Of a DNA stretch of 59,656 nt, positions 57,520 to 59,656 are shown piece after piece (position 1 is the first letter of the stretch; each line of letters starts with the position of its first letter). Location: NCBI GenBank assembly GCA_964637555.1, contig CAZWTJ010000002.1:1-59656 (forward strand). The letters run 5' to 3'. Source of the DNA: an uncultured Dehalococcoidia bacterium. GTDB lineage: Bacteria; Chloroflexota; Dehalococcoidia; Lucifugimonadales; UBA6927. Made by a program: the position numbers and the translations under genes. Below the pieces are notes generated by a model. The model was given only the letters and a program-made list of their open reading frames with translations, was not told the origin of the DNA and did not search any database.

Positions 57520-59029
57520 AAATGGGAAAGTATATCTAATTGGAGCCGGTCCTGGTGATCCTGGACTTATTACTGTCAAGGGATTAAAAACTTTGCAAGA
57601 TGCAGAGGTAGTAATCTTTGATACTTTAGCAAACTCCGCATTGTTAGATGAATGCGCTCAAAATACTGAACTAATAAGCGTGACTGGGCTAGGTAAAACT
57701 CCCACCAGGCAGCAAAATATTAACAATTTATTAATATCCAAAGCCAAATCTGGGAAATTAGTTGTGCGGTTAAAAGGAGGAGATCCTTTTGTTTTCGGAA
57801 GAGGTGGTGAAGAAGCAGAGGCTTTAGCATTAGAAAATATTAGCTTCGAAATAATCCCCGGAATTTCATCATCAATAGCAGTCCCTGCATATGCTGGGAT
57901 CCCCATTACTCACCGCAAACATGCTTCTCAATTTATTGTGATTACTGGAAACGAAGATCCTCACAAAAACTCTTCTCAAATTGATTGGAAACTAGTAGCT
58001 AATGGAAAAGCTACAATTGTGGTTTTGATGGGTAGAAAAAACCTTTCTTCAATTGCACATAGAATGATAAAAGAAGGCCTGGATCCAAATACTCCAGCAG
58101 CAATAATATCTGATGGAACTTTACCCACTCAAAAATCAATTACTGGTAATTTAGGAAATATTTCTGACAAAGCCGACAAATTCGAAATTAAATCTCCCGC
58201 AATTGCAATTTTTGGGAAAGTTGTGAATCTGAAAAACAAATTAACGTGGTTTGTTCCTTCTCATATCAAGGGGAAAAAAGTTCTAATTACAAGGGCAGAA
58301 CATCAGTCAAAAATTTTGATAGATGGTTTGGAAAAACTTAATGCATCAGCTATTTCAGTTCCAACAATAGAAATTCAAGAGCTTCTAGACTACTCAAATT
58401 TAGCAGAAACACTAAAGAATATTCGCGAATATTCATGGATTGTTTTCACAAGTGTCAATTCGGTTGAAATTGTATTTGCTAAAATCAAATCATTCGGAAT
58501 GGATCCCCATCAAATCCTATCTGATATCAAAATTGCTGTGATTGGTAGTGCCACAGCTAAATCGATTAAAGATTCCAACTTAACTCCTTCTTTACAACCG
58601 AGTCCATATATTGCTGAGGAATTGGCGGAGTCAATTTCACAGAATTCTAATACTGATGCGAAAATCCTAATTCCAATTTCTGAAAATGCACGAAACACCC
58701 TTAAAGAAAGTTTAACTTCAAAAGGATTCAATGTTGATACAATTCCAATTTATCGAACAATTACACCAAAAAAATCTGCTGACGAAATTAATACCAATTT
58801 TGAAAACGGAATTGATATAATAACCTTCACTAGTGGATCTACTGTTAAAGGATTATTCGAGATTCTAGATGGTGATACTACATATGTAAATTCTGCTGTT
58901 GTAGCATGTATTGGTCCAATAACTGCACAAACATGTATAGAATATGGTATTACACCAGATATCATCGCTAGCAAGCATAATGTTGAAGGCTTAATACAAG
59001 CTATCAATGATTACTTTTCAGAACTCTGA
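57512..59029 (+). CDS. cobA-hemD: Fused uroporphyrinogen-III C-methyltransferase / uroporphyrinogen-III synthase
   Basis: N-terminal SAM-dependent tetrapyrrole methylase (VYLIGAGPGDPGLITVKG, VVRLKGGDPFVFGRGGEE, IPGISS). The C-terminal ~250 aa is a HemD-like double domain (KKVLITRAEHQS..., ITFTSGSTV). Confidence 0.9.
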   Translation: MTRNGKVYLIGAGPGDPGLITVKGLKTLQDAEVVIFDTLANSALLDECAQNTELISVTGLGKTPTRQQNINNLLISKAKSGKLVVRLKGGDPFVFGRGGEEAEALALENISFEIIPGISSSIAVPAYAGIPITHRKHASQFIVITGNEDPHKNSSQIDWKLVANGKATIVVLMGRKNLSSIAHRMIKEGLDPNTPAAIISDGTLPTQKSITGNLGNISDKADKFEIKSPAIAIFGKVVNLKNKLTWFVPSHIKGKKVLITRAEHQSKILIDGLEKLNASAISVPTIEIQELLDYSNLAETLKNIREYSWIVFTSVNSVEIVFAKIKSFGMDPHQILSDIKIAVIGSATAKSIKDSNLTPSLQPSPYIAEELAESISQNSNTDAKILIPISENARNTLKESLTSKGFNVDTIPIYRTITPKKSADEINTNFENGIDIITFTSGSTVKGLFEILDGDTTYVNSAVVACIGPITAQTCIEYGITPDIIASKHNVEGLIQAINDYFSEL

Positions 59030-59039
59030 GGTGTATTGT

Positions 59040-59656
59040 ATGTTCCCAAATAAAAGATTACGCAGACTTAGAGGCTCCAGTTCATTGAGGGACCTTGTAA
59101 GAGAAACCCAATTATCACCTGATGATTTCATTTTCCCTATGTTTATTACTCACGGGAAAAATATCAAACGTGAAATTTCTCCAATGCCTGGGATTTTCCA
59201 GTTTTCAGTCGATTTACTAGAAGAAGAAATTACCGAACTCTTAGAAATTGGAATAAAAGGGATTTTGCTTTTTGGAATCCCCTCAGTCAAAGATGAATTA
59301 GGAACCGACGCATATTCAGATAATGGAATCATCCAACAATCAATCAAAAAAATTAGATCTATTTCGCAAGAATTGATAATTGTTTCTGATATATGTTTGT
59401 GTGAATATACTGACCATGGACACTGTGGAGTGTTAGAAAACTCCACAGTAGACAATGATAAAACTCTGAGTCTACTTTCAGAAATGGCTTTATCACACGC
59501 AGCTGCAGGTTCAGACATAATCGCACCCTCAGCAATGATGGATGGACAAGTAAAATCGATCAGGTCAGCTTTGGATGAAGCTAATATGCATTCCACTCCT
59601 ATAATGAGTTATTCAGCTAAGTATGCATCATCATTTTATGGACCCTTCAGAGTCGC
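59040..59656 (+). CDS. hemB: Porphobilinogen synthase (delta-aminolevulinate dehydratase), 3'-truncated by window end
   Basis: Not in the ORF track because there is no stop in the window. Hand translation from ATG 59040 gives MFPNKRLRRLRGSSSLRDLVRETQLSPDDFIFPMF...DICLCEYTDHGHCG (Cys-rich Zn site)...IMSYSAKYASSFYGPFR (active-site Lys). Confidence 0.9.
   Translation, partial: MFPNKRLRRLRGSSSLRDLVRETQLSPDDFIFPMFITHGKNIKREISPMPGIFQFSVDLLEEEITELLEIGIKGILLFGIPSVKDELGTDAYSDNGIIQQSIKKIRSISQELIIVSDICLCEYTDHGHCGVLENSTVDNDKTLSLLSEMALSHAAAGSDIIAPSAMMDGQVKSIRSALDEANMHSTPIMSYSAKYASSFYGPFRV

Noticed and set aside
59150-59596. 148-aa minus-strand ORF at the window end, the only ORF the track reports there.
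   Set aside because: The plus strand encodes an unmistakable HemB from ATG 59040, missed by the track only because its stop is outside the window. The minus ORF is its shadow.
1-59656. Window-wide look for mobile elements, integrases, CRISPR repeats, rRNA/tRNA genes, compositional islands or recognisable defence systems.
   Set aside because: I recognised no transposase, integrase or Cas motifs in any ORF. No direct-repeat/spacer periodicity is visible, no intergenic gap is long enough for an rRNA, and composition looks uniform by eye. A repeat finder and Rfam/tRNAscan scans would be needed to exclude small elements.

Overview
Visibly AT-rich, very gene-dense chromosomal window. I call 62 protein-coding genes. 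Most intergenic gaps are under 60 nt, many starts and stops overlap by 1-23 nt, and two convergent gene pairs overlap at their stop codons. I could support no rRNA, tRNA, CRISPR array, transposase, integrase or prophage gene. Content by block: (1) 1-7275: a truncated metzincin-like protease; a minus-strand operon for the membrane module of a Na+-translocating biotin decarboxylase (OadG-like, OadB-like, free biotin carrier); facing it, a divergent, translationally coupled pxpA-pxpB-pxpC-ketopantoate-reductase-like operon; then a DedA protein. (2) 7380-18155: catabolic paralog-type genes, namely an orphan molybdopterin hydroxylase large subunit, a tandem-fused family III CoA-transferase, thiolase, an enolase-superfamily enzyme, Old Yellow Enzyme, cupin, PD40 beta-propeller and cyclase/formamidase. 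(3) 18529-22229: PAC2-family protein, M20 peptidase, NUDIX hydrolase, NAD kinase. (4) 22265-32934: nuoABCDHIJKLMN operon without nuoEFG, with one extra small ORF between nuoK and nuoL. (5) 33136-36727: polyprenyl synthase, YjbQ, phytoene/squalene synthase, nucleoside hydrolase. (6) 36822-43064: sufBCD-sufU-rrf2-sufS-sufU. (7) 43061-55734: lipoprotein SBP, TatD, an EVE-like/membrane protein pair, yacL-ispD-ispF-cysS, NHL and DUF1800 proteins, secG, gatB, pcm. (8) 55834-59656: sirC-hemC-cobA/hemD-hemB, where hemB runs off the window end and is absent from the ORF track. Several features point, by inference only, to a streamlined marine monoderm-type lineage such as Chloroflexota (SAR202-like): a SufU-type SUF system, Bacillus-like yacL-ispDF-cysS synteny, a lipobox SBP, complex I without EFG, and CaiB/enolase/OYE/Mo-hydroxylase paralogs. 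The best candidate for something undescribed is the alpha-less Na+-decarboxylase membrane module placed next to an AHS1/AHS2 (PxpB/PxpC, urea-carboxylase-type biotin-dependent carboxyltransferase) operon whose PxpC carries a carrier-like C-terminal tail. The second candidate is the DUF2007-like ORF with a strong Shine-Dalgarno site embedded in the nuo operon.
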